Source: Candidatus Multivoradales bacterium
Lineage (GTDB): Bacteria > Acidobacteriota > Thermoanaerobaculia > Multivoradales > JAHEKO01
Reading direction: 5' to 3'
Assembly: GCA_965223155.1 (NCBI GenBank)
Contig: CBDCVR010000013.1
Span: forward strand, 1,152,001-1,216,000
DNA: 64,000 nucleotides
The notes beneath the pieces are model-generated. The model did no database searches. It was not told where the DNA came from and saw only the letters and a list, made by a program, of their open reading frames with translations. This document shows positions 50,861-59,871 of this stretch, piece by piece. Both the position numbers and the translations under genes were made by a program. The number at the start of each line of letters is the position of its first letter. The first letter of the stretch is position 1.

Positions 50861-51020
50861 CGGGCTCGGCCGCGCACTATAGCGCACGCCGGCACCGGTT
50901 TCCCACGTCTGGGCACTCGTCCCGACCGCCCGATCGGCAACTCCATCGGCCTTCGCGGCATAGGTTCCTGCCGGGCTCGCCGGGACCTCCAGGACTCCCC
51001 AACCATCGCGCCGGCTCCGA

Positions 51021-51290
51021 ATCTCCACAGCGTTCGCCTAAGTCCTTGACCGACCATCAGTTAGCGCAAGACGACGAGGTTTCTGTGGAAATTACCTGAC
51101 GCCCTCGGGCCGGCCCGGTAGCACTCGGAGAAATTCGATCTAACCAACTGAGATTCCACGACTTATCCAGATTGCACAGAGTCTTGGTCAATTCGGGCCT
51201 CCCGCATTGCGGCCGGCTCTCCCGGAGCTTTTCCACACTGTTTTCCGGACGGTTTTCCGCAAGCCCTGTCGAAAACTTGTGGCCCGATCC
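51021..51290. other. Cluster of DnaA-box-like 9-mers with IHF-like sites (candidate oriC or DARS/datA-type locus)
   Basis: TTTTCCACA 51229, TTTTCCGGA 51241, TTTTCCGCA 51253, TTATCCAGA 51163, TGTGGAAAT 51084, TGTCGAAAA 51267, ATCTCCACA 51021. A 40% GC tract spans 51131-51180. Confidence 0.5.
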
Positions 51291-51328
51291 ACCTATCTCC
51301 TTCCAGGTGCTAGGCTTGCGCCGCGCTC

Positions 51329-53125
51329 ATGAGGACAACGGCCTGGACACACCTGCCTCGGGCGCGCTCCGTCGCCGGTGCCGCCGGCCTGCTGCTGGCC
51401 GCCTGGCTCGGCCCGGCACTCGCCGCCTCCGCCGCTGCCAAGGAGGCCGATTCCAAGATCGAAGAGTCAGGGCACGGCGTCCTCTTCGAGGACGCCACCT
51501 CCGTCTGGCGGCTTGAGTTCGATCACGTCAACGGCATGGTCGGACGGCTCTACTTTCCTGAGATGACCGGTCAGGGCGGCGCGCTTCTGGACTTCGACGG
51601 GGATGGCGACCTGGACGTCTACTTCCGCCAGGGCGGCTTGCTGGGCGCCGTCGACACGCTCCAGGATCTCGTCTTCGAAGTCCCGCCCGGCGCGGCCGGC
51701 CTCGGCGACCGGCTTTTTCGAAACGACGGCGCGCCTCCCGGCGAAGGAGGCCCCGGGCGCCGCTTCCTGGACATCTCTGAGCGAGCCGGCTTCGCCGGCA
51801 CCGGCTACGGCATGGGCGCCGCCGCCGGTGACTTCGACGGCGACGGGCTCCCCGATCTGGCGCTCACCAACTACGGCCCCAACCAGCTCTGGCGCAACGC
51901 CGGCGACGGCACCTTCCGCGACGTCACCGCCCAGGCCGGCTTCCACGACAAAGACTGGAGCACGAGCGCCGCGTTCTCCGATCTCGACCGAGACGGCGAC
52001 TTGGACCTTTTCGTCGTCAACTATGTCGACTTCGACGTCGACGAGAACCCGGTCTGCTACGCGGAGTCGAGCGCCGTCGACTATTGCGGTCCGAGCGCCT
52101 TCGCCGGGCAGCGGGACCGGCTCTGGGAAAACCGCGGCGACGGCACCTTCGCGGACGTCTCGGTGCGCTCCGGCATCGCCGCCCTGGCCGAACCGGGACT
52201 CGGAGTCGTCACCGGCGATTTCAACGACGACGGCCTGACCGATCTCTACGTCGCCAATGACGGCCGGGAAAACGCGCTCTGGTTGGCCCGGGGCGACGGC
52301 GGGTTTTCCAATGACGCGCTCCTTGCCGGCGCCGCGGTCAATCGCCGAGGCCTGCCGGAAGCCAGCATGGGGGTCGTGCTGGGCGATTTCGACGAGGACG
52401 GGGACGAAGACGTCTTCCTGACCCACCTCACGCTCGAGTCGAACACGCTCTACCGCAACCTCGGCGAGGGCCTGTTCGAAGACCGCTCGGCCGAAGCCGG
52501 CCTGGCCGGGCCCAGCCTGCGCTATACGAGCTTCGGCGTCGGCGCCTTCGACGCCGACAACGACGGTTACCTGGACCTGGCCGTGGCCAACGGCGCGGTC
52601 AAGCAGCTAGGCGAACGCGTCGCCGGCGGCGACCTCTACCCCCTGGACCAACCCAACCAGTTCTTCCGCAATCTGGGCCCGGCCGGCGCCGGGACGTTCC
52701 AGGACGTCTCGGCCGCGGCCGGCTTCAACCGGGAAGCGGTCAGCCGCGGCCTAGCCACCGGCGACCTCGACAACGACGGCGCCACCGATCTCGTGATCTT
52801 CAACAACAACGACCGCAGCCAGATCCTGCGCAACCTCGCCTCGGAAGCCACTCCGGGCGCCGGCTGGATCGGTCTGACCGGCGACCTCAGGGCGCCGGCG
52901 CGAGCCCGAGTCGCGACCCACACCGGCCGGCGGCAGCGCGCCTCCCGGCCCGACGGCAGCTATTGCTCGTCGAGCGATCCCCGTATCCTGATCGGGCTGG
53001 GCGCCGGCCGTCCAGAGTGGGTAGAGCTTGCCCTGGGCGGCCCCAAGCCCCGCACCATCCGCTTCCTGGAGCCACCGGCGAACCGCTATCTCGTGCTGCC
53101 GCGCGCAGCGGACGCGGGCAGGTAA
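51329..53125 (+). CDS. CRTAC1-like FG-GAP repeat protein with ASPIC/UnbV-type C-terminus
   Basis: Signal peptide, repeated DFDGDGDLD and N.GDGTF.DV motifs, C-terminal GSYCSSSDPR..IGLG. Confidence 0.88.
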   Translation: MRTTAWTHLPRARSVAGAAGLLLAAWLGPALAASAAAKEADSKIEESGHGVLFEDATSVWRLEFDHVNGMVGRLYFPEMTGQGGALLDFDGDGDLDVYFRQGGLLGAVDTLQDLVFEVPPGAAGLGDRLFRNDGAPPGEGGPGRRFLDISERAGFAGTGYGMGAAAGDFDGDGLPDLALTNYGPNQLWRNAGDGTFRDVTAQAGFHDKDWSTSAAFSDLDRDGDLDLFVVNYVDFDVDENPVCYAESSAVDYCGPSAFAGQRDRLWENRGDGTFADVSVRSGIAALAEPGLGVVTGDFNDDGLTDLYVANDGRENALWLARGDGGFSNDALLAGAAVNRRGLPEASMGVVLGDFDEDGDEDVFLTHLTLESNTLYRNLGEGLFEDRSAEAGLAGPSLRYTSFGVGAFDADNDGYLDLAVANGAVKQLGERVAGGDLYPLDQPNQFFRNLGPAGAGTFQDVSAAAGFNREAVSRGLATGDLDNDGATDLVIFNNNDRSQILRNLASEATPGAGWIGLTGDLRAPARARVATHTGRRQRASRPDGSYCSSSDPRILIGLGAGRPEWVELALGGPKPRTIRFLEPPANRYLVLPRAADAGR

Positions 53126-53928
53126 GCGCCGGCCCGGGCGTGGCGGCGGCGCGAGAGCTCTCGAAAAGCTCCGTCCCGCTCCGAGAAGCCGAGCCGCGCG
53201 AGCAGGAGGGTCTCGGCCTCGAGCTCGATCCACCAGCAGGTGCTGGCGCCGCGCTCGCCTCCCCGTCCACGGTTCGACGTGGCCGTCCCCGACTGCACCA
53301 GCAGAACCGGCGCCCGGCCGCTGGGATAGAACTCCTCGGAGCTGGCAACGAAGGACTGGTGGTTGTGCCCCGACAGCACCAGATCGACGCCGGCACGGGA
53401 AAACAGCTCCACCGCCGCCGCCGAGTTCCAGGCGACCCGCTGGCGCTCGAAGCGAGGCACCGGTGCCAACGGATGGTGCGCGACCACGATCTTGAAGCTC
53501 CCTTCCGGCGCGGCTTCGAGAAGCTCGGCCGCTTGCGCCAGCCGCCGGCGCCGGTACCGGCCTTCGGTCGTCGTCCAGCCATGCGCGGTATTGACTCCGA
53601 TCACCAGCAGCCCATCGTCGCGGAAGACGGGTTCGAGATCACGAGAGAACCAGCGCGCATAGCTGCCGTAGGGGACGAAAACTCGCTCCCACACCCGCCA
53701 CAACGGCACGTCGTGATTGCCCGGCACCGCCAAAGTGGGCATGGAAAAGCCGTCGACAAAGGCGCGCGCCTGCCGAAATTGCCCGGGCTTGGCGCGCTGG
53801 GTCAGATCGCCCGCGATGACGACGAGATCCGGCCGGCGCTCCTCGGCAAGTTCCAGGATCGCCTTGGCGCGCGCCCGCTCGTGCGGCGGCCCGAAGTGGA
53901 CGTCCGAGATATGGAGAATGCTAGGCAC
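53086..53928 (-). CDS. Calcineurin-like metallophosphoesterase
   Basis: SDVHFG, GDLTQR, PGNHD, AHH, SGHNH. Confidence 0.9.
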   Translation of the reverse strand: MPSILHISDVHFGPPHERARAKAILELAEERRPDLVVIAGDLTQRAKPGQFRQARAFVDGFSMPTLAVPGNHDVPLWRVWERVFVPYGSYARWFSRDLEPVFRDDGLLVIGVNTAHGWTTTEGRYRRRRLAQAAELLEAAPEGSFKIVVAHHPLAPVPRFERQRVAWNSAAAVELFSRAGVDLVLSGHNHQSFVASSEEFYPSGRAPVLLVQSGTATSNRGRGGERGASTCWWIELEAETLLLARLGFSERDGAFRELSRRRHARAGAYLPASAARGSTR

Positions 53929-54039
53929 GAACCGGTATTGGAGCGATCCGGAGCCGACCGCCTAGCAGCCGGCGCCGGGAACTTGCCGCAACGATCTCAT
54001 GACTTGGGCGACGGCGCCCCAGGGCGCGCGCAGGCAACC

Positions 54040-54243
54040 CTACGACGACGCTCGGCGGCCGGCGAGGGCGTCCAGGCTCTCGGCAATCGTGTCGGCCGCG
54101 AGCCCCGAGGCCCTCTCCACCAGACGCCGGCCGTGCAGACGGCCCAAGAAGTAGCCGCCGGCAGCCGCGGTCAAGAGCGAAGCCTTCGGATAGCTCACGA
54201 CAAACTGGCGCCAGTCGATCTCATTGGGCAGCATCTCGTCCAA
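54040..54243 (-). CDS. Small hypothetical membrane-anchored protein
   Basis: DWRQFVVSYPKASLLTAAAGGYFLG resembles a DUF883/DUF3618-type anchor. Start uncertain. Confidence 0.55.
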   Translation of the reverse strand: MDEMLPNEIDWRQFVVSYPKASLLTAAAGGYFLGRLHGRRLVERASGLAADTIAESLDALAGRRASS

Positions 54244-54323
54244 AAGCTCGTCGGCAAGCGAACGAGCTGGCTCTTCGGACCACGATGGCGAATCTGTGCC
54301 CGCGGCGGACAGGGATCGGCGTC

Positions 54324-54707
54324 TCAGTCTCGACGTCCCCGCAGCAGGATGCCGAGGACGAATCCGACCCCGACCGCGATCGCGACGGACTTGCCGGGAT
54401 GATGGCGCACGTAGTCGTTGACGTCCTCGCTGAGCTGTTCGAAGTCCTTGGAGACTCGGTCGTAGCCGTGCCGGACGGTCTCGCGGGCGCTGTCAACGGT
54501 GTCCCGAGCCGTCGCCGAAGCCCGCTGCGCGGTCTCCTTGAACGAATCGGAGGCGCGGCCGGCGCCGTCGCGAATGCCACGCACCTTGCGGTCGACGACG
54601 TCGCCGAACTTGTCGCGGGCCGCCGCCAGGCGTTCGCCGCTGGATCCGGCCGTGGCGCCGTCTCCGGGGCTGGCAGGGTTGATGTCGGAATCGAAGCTAT
54701 CGGTCAT
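54324..54707 (-). CDS. ElaB/YqjD/DUF883-family tail-anchored protein
   Basis: ATG after GGAGGT. Helical repeats, then DYVRHHPGKSVAIAVGVGFVLGILLRGRR. Confidence 0.85.
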   Translation of the reverse strand: MTDSFDSDINPASPGDGATAGSSGERLAAARDKFGDVVDRKVRGIRDGAGRASDSFKETAQRASATARDTVDSARETVRHGYDRVSKDFEQLSEDVNDYVRHHPGKSVAIAVGVGFVLGILLRGRRD

Positions 54708-54787
54708 GGGTACCTCCCGTGGTTTCCCAACCAATGTAGCACCAACGTCAAGTGGCGGCCACCACCGGACCGGGCCCGGAGCCTCGT

Positions 54788-55297
54788 CTACCAGGTCGCG
54801 AAAAAGCGAGCGTAGAGCGAGACGGTTTGCACCAGGAGAAAGGCGCCCAGGACCAGGAGCAGCACCAAGACACCAAGCAGTCCCGAGAGCTTCCACCAGG
54901 CCTCCCGGGCCACCAAACCCAGGGAGCCGGGGTTCTTGAGCAACTGAAGGTTCTTGCGGTGGGACTTCCAGAAGAGGTCGAAGAGGTCCCCCAGGATCGG
55001 AAACGAGCCCACGATCGCGTCCACCAGGACGTTGACCAACATCGCCAGGATGACGACCACGGGTAGCCGGCGCCGGACCGCGGCGACGATCAGGGGCAGC
55101 CCGCAGGCCATGCCGGCAAAGTCGCCGACAAACGGCAACAGTCCGAGGATCACGTCGATGCCGAACGTGATCCGCGTCCCCGGGATGCGAATCGCCTCGT
55201 CCATGAGGTGCGCCCAGCGGTCGGTCCAGGGCCGTGCCGGAGCCTTCAGAGCCGGTGATACACTCCCGCGGCTCTCTCGGAGAGGGGTACCGTTCAT
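54788..55297 (-). CDS. DUF4112-domain membrane protein
   Basis: LMDEAIRIPGT...FGID.ILGLLPFVGD...GDLFDLFWKSHRKN. Confidence 0.85.
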   Translation of the reverse strand: MNGTPLRESRGSVSPALKAPARPWTDRWAHLMDEAIRIPGTRITFGIDVILGLLPFVGDFAGMACGLPLIVAAVRRRLPVVVILAMLVNVLVDAIVGSFPILGDLFDLFWKSHRKNLQLLKNPGSLGLVAREAWWKLSGLLGVLVLLLVLGAFLLVQTVSLYARFFATW

Positions 55298-56690
55298 GCC
55301 CGAAGTCACGTTCTCAGGAGCGGCCGGAACCGTCACCGGAAGCTGCACCGTCCTGCGTTGGGGCGATACGACCGCGTTGGTGGATTGCGGACTGTATCAA
55401 GGCGACGACGAGCTCGAGCAGCGCAACTGGCGTGACTTCTCGTTCCGGCCGGCCAAGCTCCGCGCGGTTCTGGTGACCCACGCCCATCTGGACCATACGG
55501 GGCTGTTGCCCCGGCTGGTGGCCGAGGGCTTCGAGGGTCCGATCTACTGCACCAAGGCGAGCCGCGGCTTGGTTTCGCTGATCCTCCAGGATGCCGGCCA
55601 CATCCAGGAGGAGCAAGCCCGGTACGCGCGCAAGAAAGGCTACAGCCGCCACCGCGAGCCCAAGCCGCTCTACACGGCAGCCGATTCCCGAGCGACGCTG
55701 AAGCAGCTCCGGCCCGTACCCTTCGATCACGACCTGGAGATCGCGCCCGGGATCCGCTTTCGCTATCTGCGCGCCGGCCACCTTCTGGGAGCGGGGTCCA
55801 TCTTGATCCGCGCCAAGGACGCCAAGGGCAAGCGCCGGACCTGGTGCTTCTCGGGGGACGTGGGCCGGTACGGCGTGCCGATCCTGCGCGATCCCGAGAC
55901 GCCGGAGGAGACTCCCGACGCGCTGGTGCTGGAATCCACCTACGGCAATCGCGGCCACTCCAACAACGATCCCGAGGGGGAGTTCCGCGACACGATCCGA
56001 AACACGTTCGCCAGGGGCGGCAAGGTCGTCATCCCGGCCTTCGCCCTGGGCCGGACCCAGGAGGTCCTGCACCATCTGGCGGCGCTCGCCGACGACGGCG
56101 ACCTGGATCCCGACGACGTCTTCCTGGACAGCCCGATGGCGATCAAAGCCACCGACATCTACCGCCGCTCGGAACAGGAGCACGATGAAGAGCTGGCCGA
56201 GCTGGTGGAACGCGAGCTGAGCGGCCTCAACCCCGACCGCTTCAATCGCTGCCGAAGCGTCGAACAATCCAAGGCGCTCAACCACCGCAAGCGGCCGGCG
56301 GTCATCGTCGCCGCCAGCGGCATGGCCAACGGCGGGCGCGTCGTGCACCATCTGAAGCGCCTCTTGCCGGATGAACGAACGGCCGTCGTCTTTGTCGGCT
56401 ACCAGGCGGGTGGCACCCGCGGCCGCGCGCTTCTGGACGGGGCGCGCACGGTCGCCATCCACGGCGAGCCGATTCCGGTCCACGCCGAGATCCTCTCGAT
56501 CCAGGGGCTCTCGGCCCACGCCGACGCCGGCGAGCTCCTGCGCTGGTGCGACGCGATGCCCGGCAGACCCGAGCGGGTCTTTCTGAACCACGGTGAGGAC
56601 GCCGCCCGCAAGGCGCTGGCGGCCGAGCTCGTACGCCAAGGCCTGCCCCGACCGGAACGGCCCTGGCCCGGCGATACCTTTCGCTGGTAG
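55296..56690 (+). CDS. Metallo-beta-lactamase/beta-CASP RNA-processing nuclease
   Basis: GAAGTVTGS, THAHLDH, AGHLLG, FSGD, ESTYG, PAFALGRTQE, LSAHAD, NHGE. Confidence 0.93.
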   Translation: MPEVTFSGAAGTVTGSCTVLRWGDTTALVDCGLYQGDDELEQRNWRDFSFRPAKLRAVLVTHAHLDHTGLLPRLVAEGFEGPIYCTKASRGLVSLILQDAGHIQEEQARYARKKGYSRHREPKPLYTAADSRATLKQLRPVPFDHDLEIAPGIRFRYLRAGHLLGAGSILIRAKDAKGKRRTWCFSGDVGRYGVPILRDPETPEETPDALVLESTYGNRGHSNNDPEGEFRDTIRNTFARGGKVVIPAFALGRTQEVLHHLAALADDGDLDPDDVFLDSPMAIKATDIYRRSEQEHDEELAELVERELSGLNPDRFNRCRSVEQSKALNHRKRPAVIVAASGMANGGRVVHHLKRLLPDERTAVVFVGYQAGGTRGRALLDGARTVAIHGEPIPVHAEILSIQGLSAHADAGELLRWCDAMPGRPERVFLNHGEDAARKALAAELVRQGLPRPERPWPGDTFRW

Positions 56691-56823
56691 TCCGCCCAAG
56701 GAGGCCGAGCAGCGACGCCACGCGCCGGCCTGGAGTCCCCGTCCGGCGTCCAGGAGAGACACCGGCGACCGGCGCTCGGGGCTGGCGGAAACCCCGCCAT
56801 CCGAGCTAAACTCTGCCGCCCGT

Positions 56824-56899
56824 GGGGCAGTAGCTCAGCTGGGAGAGCACCACGTTCGCAACGTGGGGGTCGAGGGTTCAAGTCCCTTCTGCTCCACCA
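56824..56899 (+). tRNA. tRNA-Ala (CGC)
   Basis: GGGGCAGTAGCTCAGCTGGGAGAGCACCACGTTCGCAACGTGGGGGTCGAGGGTTCAAGTCCCTTCTGCTCCACCA, with the G3:U70 Ala identity pair. Confidence 0.96.
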
Positions 56900-57010
56900 T
56901 CGTCTCCCTGGCCATCCCGGGTCGCTTCCGGACCGACCCGCCGATGCCAGCGGCCACCCGCGACGGAGCGCCTCGCCCCGGCCCGCGATTTGCTTATACT
57001 CGTACCTGGA

Positions 57011-57400
57011 ATGAGGCGACGGTTCCGGCCAGCAGTCTTGCGGATCGTGGCCCTCGGGTCGCTAGCGGCGGCCCTGGGCTCGGTCTTCGACCTTCACCTG
57101 GCCGCCGAGGACGGCGCCGGTCACGGGTTCTATGCCGGTCAACCCGTCGTCGAAGCCGTTGCGGCCGAAGCCAAGCCTTGCTCGCCCGACGAGCGGCGGC
57201 ACCTCGAGCCCGCCGAAACCGGCCTGACCCGGCCCTGTCCTCTGTGCTTGCGCAAGCTCCGGGACAGGGCACTGGCGGCACGCGCCACCTCGCGCATCGC
57301 CGCGAGAGCCGGCTCCGGTAGCTCGGCTCCGGACCGAACCCCCGTCCCGGCGGTTCGCCTCTGGTCTCCGCGCACCCTCCGCGGTCCCCCGATCGCCTAA
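57011..57400 (+). CDS. DUF2946/CruR/CutF-like leader protein (signal helix, CxxC, C-terminal RGPP)
   Basis: MRRRFRPAVLRIVALGSLAAALG...H...H...C...H...CPLC...LRGPPIA-stop, directly upstream of a TonB receptor. Confidence 0.7.
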   Translation: MRRRFRPAVLRIVALGSLAAALGSVFDLHLAAEDGAGHGFYAGQPVVEAVAAEAKPCSPDERRHLEPAETGLTRPCPLCLRKLRDRALAARATSRIAARAGSGSSAPDRTPVPAVRLWSPRTLRGPPIA

Positions 57401-57528
57401 TCCGCGAGATTCCGTCGGCGGCGCAACGGCGCCGTCCACCCACGGTCCGGGCTTCACGCAATGGCGCGAGCCGGCGTCAAAGCCCTGGTTGAACAGCTCA
57501 TGGATTCAGTCGACTAGGAGACTCTACA

Positions 57529-59871
57529 ATGCAAGCCCATCTAGCATCGCGCGTCGCCCTCACGGCGGCGCTAGTCTGCTTCGCCTTTCTTTCATCCGCT
57601 TTCGGCGCCACCGAGACCGGCACCATCCGAGGTACGGTCACCCTGGCCGACGGCACCCCGGTCGCCGACGCCGACGTCGAGATCCTCGACCTGCACCGCC
57701 GGGTTCGCGTTGGGGCCGACGGCACCTTCTTGTTCGGTGAGGTACCCACCGGCCGCTACGTACTGGTGGTCGACAGCCTGGTCCACGGCAACGCCGTACG
57801 CGAGGTCACGGTGACCGCCGGCACCGAAATCGTGCTCGAGCTCGGAACCGAGCTGAGCGTGCACACCGACACGATCGTCGTTAGCGCCGCGCCCAGCGCC
57901 CAGCGCCGGTTCGCCACCGGCTCGGCCGCCGACGTGGTCGCGGGTGACGAGCTGGCGCTCCGCTCCGAACCCACCCTCGGCGCCACGCTCGCCAACCAGC
58001 CCGGTGTCAACCAAACCGGCTTCGGGGCCGGCTCCAGCCGGCCAATCGTACGAGGTCTCGGTGGCGACCGCGTGCGCATGCTCGAAGACGGCGTCGGCAC
58101 CGGCGACATCTCGGAGGTGAGCCCGGACCACGCCGTGACCACCGAAACCCTGACCGCCGATCGAGTGGAGATCCTGCGGGGACCGGCAACCCTCCTCTAC
58201 GGCTCGAACGCCATCGGCGGCGTCGTCAACATTCTGGACGAATCGATTCCCAGCCATCTGCCTCACGCCGCTCTCACCGGAACGGTGGACCTGCGTCTGG
58301 CCTCGGGTACCGAGGAGCGCAGCGGAGCCGCGGTTCTGCGCGGACGCCGTGAGCGCTGGGCTTGGACCGCCAGCGGTCTGGTCCGCGACACCGGCGACTA
58401 CGAGATTCCCGGGTCCCCGCACGGCGCTTCGGCCGAGAGCGAGGAGGAACCGGCCGGGCACGAAGACGAACATGGCCCGGAGCCCGAGGGCTTCCTGCCC
58501 AACAGCGATACCGACACCGAACAGCTCTCGCTCGGCGCCTCGTATTTCTTCGGCGGCAAGCAGGAAGCCGGCCACGAAACCGGCTTCGTCGGCGTGTCGG
58601 TCAGCGGTTTCGAGACCGGCTATGGCATTCCGGAAGGAGCCCACCAACACGACGAACACGACGAACACGGGGCCGAGGGCGAGGCCGAGGAAGAAGACGG
58701 GGGCATCCGGATCCAGCTCGAGCGGCACCGATACGATCTCAAGGGCTCAATCGCCAAGCCGTTCGGCCCCTTCGACGGTCTCAAAGTCCGTCTCGGCCTC
58801 ACCGACTACGAGCATGACGAGATCGAAGGCAACGGCGAGATCGGCACCCACTTCGAGAACGACGCCTGGGAGGGCCGCATCGAGCTTCAGCAGAAGGAGC
58901 GCGGCCGCCTATCGGGAGCCTTCGGTCTCCAGGGCGGCTCGCGCGATTTCCTGGCCGTCGGCGAGGAGGCCTTCGTGCCGCCCAGCAAGACCGACAGCTT
59001 GGATCTCTTCGCCTACGAGGAGCTGGACTTCGAGCCGTTTCGCCTCCAGCTAGGCGCCCGCTGGGGTACCCGAGACATCGCCGTGGCGGATGCCTCACTG
59101 CCCGATCGGAGCTTTGACGGACTCAGCGGCTCCGTCGGCCTGGTCTGGACGGCGGGTACCCGTGCCGTCGGGCTCTCGCTCGCGCGCTCGGTCAAGTTTC
59201 CGGCGCCCGAGGAGCTCTACCCTTTCGGCCCCCACGCGGCGACGCGCACCTTCGAGCTGGGCAACGCCCGACTCGGCGTCGAAACCAGCCTGGGACTCGA
59301 TGCGTTCGTGCGCCACGAGTCGGAGCGGCTCCGCGGCGAGCTGACGGTCTTCCTGAACGACCTTGACGACTACATCTTCCCTGCTTTCACCGGCGAGGAG
59401 AGGGAAGGCTTTCAGGTCGTCGAGTACCGCCAGCAGGACGCCGAGTTCTTCGGCGCCGAACTGGACGTCAGCGTCGAGGCCTACGAATCGGACCGCCTGC
59501 ACCTGGACCTGCGTCTGCAAGGCGACTTCGTGGACGCCGAGCTCGCCGACGGCTCGAACGTTCCGCGTATCCCGCCTCTGCGCCTGGGAACCGGGTTCGA
59601 CCTGAGGACCGGACCCTGGACCGCCCGCGCCGAGGTGCGCTGGTCGGACGGTCAAGATGCGACCGCCGAGAACGAAACCTCGACGCCGGGATCCACCGTC
59701 GTCAACGCCGCCGCGGGCTACCGCGTCGTCGGCTCGCGCACGGTCTGGGACGTGCTCCTCCGGGGCACCAACCTGACCGACGAGGAGGTGCGCCTGCACA
59801 CGTCCTACTTGAAGGATCTGGCTCCCCTGCCCGGCAGGAACCTCACTCTGAGCCTGCGCCTGTCCTTCTGA
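57529..59871 (+). CDS. TonB-dependent receptor, ZnuD-like with His/acidic loops
   Basis: AGGAG SD, signal peptide, carboxypeptidase-like N-domain, SRPIVRGLGGDRV, SPDHAV, RGPATLLYG, HQHDEHDEHG loop, GPHAAT, HTSYLKD...PGRN...F terminus. Confidence 0.92.
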   Translation: MQAHLASRVALTAALVCFAFLSSAFGATETGTIRGTVTLADGTPVADADVEILDLHRRVRVGADGTFLFGEVPTGRYVLVVDSLVHGNAVREVTVTAGTEIVLELGTELSVHTDTIVVSAAPSAQRRFATGSAADVVAGDELALRSEPTLGATLANQPGVNQTGFGAGSSRPIVRGLGGDRVRMLEDGVGTGDISEVSPDHAVTTETLTADRVEILRGPATLLYGSNAIGGVVNILDESIPSHLPHAALTGTVDLRLASGTEERSGAAVLRGRRERWAWTASGLVRDTGDYEIPGSPHGASAESEEEPAGHEDEHGPEPEGFLPNSDTDTEQLSLGASYFFGGKQEAGHETGFVGVSVSGFETGYGIPEGAHQHDEHDEHGAEGEAEEEDGGIRIQLERHRYDLKGSIAKPFGPFDGLKVRLGLTDYEHDEIEGNGEIGTHFENDAWEGRIELQQKERGRLSGAFGLQGGSRDFLAVGEEAFVPPSKTDSLDLFAYEELDFEPFRLQLGARWGTRDIAVADASLPDRSFDGLSGSVGLVWTAGTRAVGLSLARSVKFPAPEELYPFGPHAATRTFELGNARLGVETSLGLDAFVRHESERLRGELTVFLNDLDDYIFPAFTGEEREGFQVVEYRQQDAEFFGAELDVSVEAYESDRLHLDLRLQGDFVDAELADGSNVPRIPPLRLGTGFDLRTGPWTARAEVRWSDGQDATAENETSTPGSTVVNAAAGYRVVGSRTVWDVLLRGTNLTDEEVRLHTSYLKDLAPLPGRNLTLSLRLSF

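Noticed and set aside
50861-51020. Glycine riboswitch upstream of gcvT
   Set aside because: No aptamer core is recognisable, and a TATAGT -10-like hexamer sits under 20 nt from the ATG, implying a very short leader.
51500-52900. Repeated GACTTCGACGG/GGCGACGGCACCTTC units as a possible DNA repeat array or CRISPR
   Set aside because: They are coding FG-GAP repeats with variable sequence and spacing, not identical repeats with spacers. No cas genes are present.
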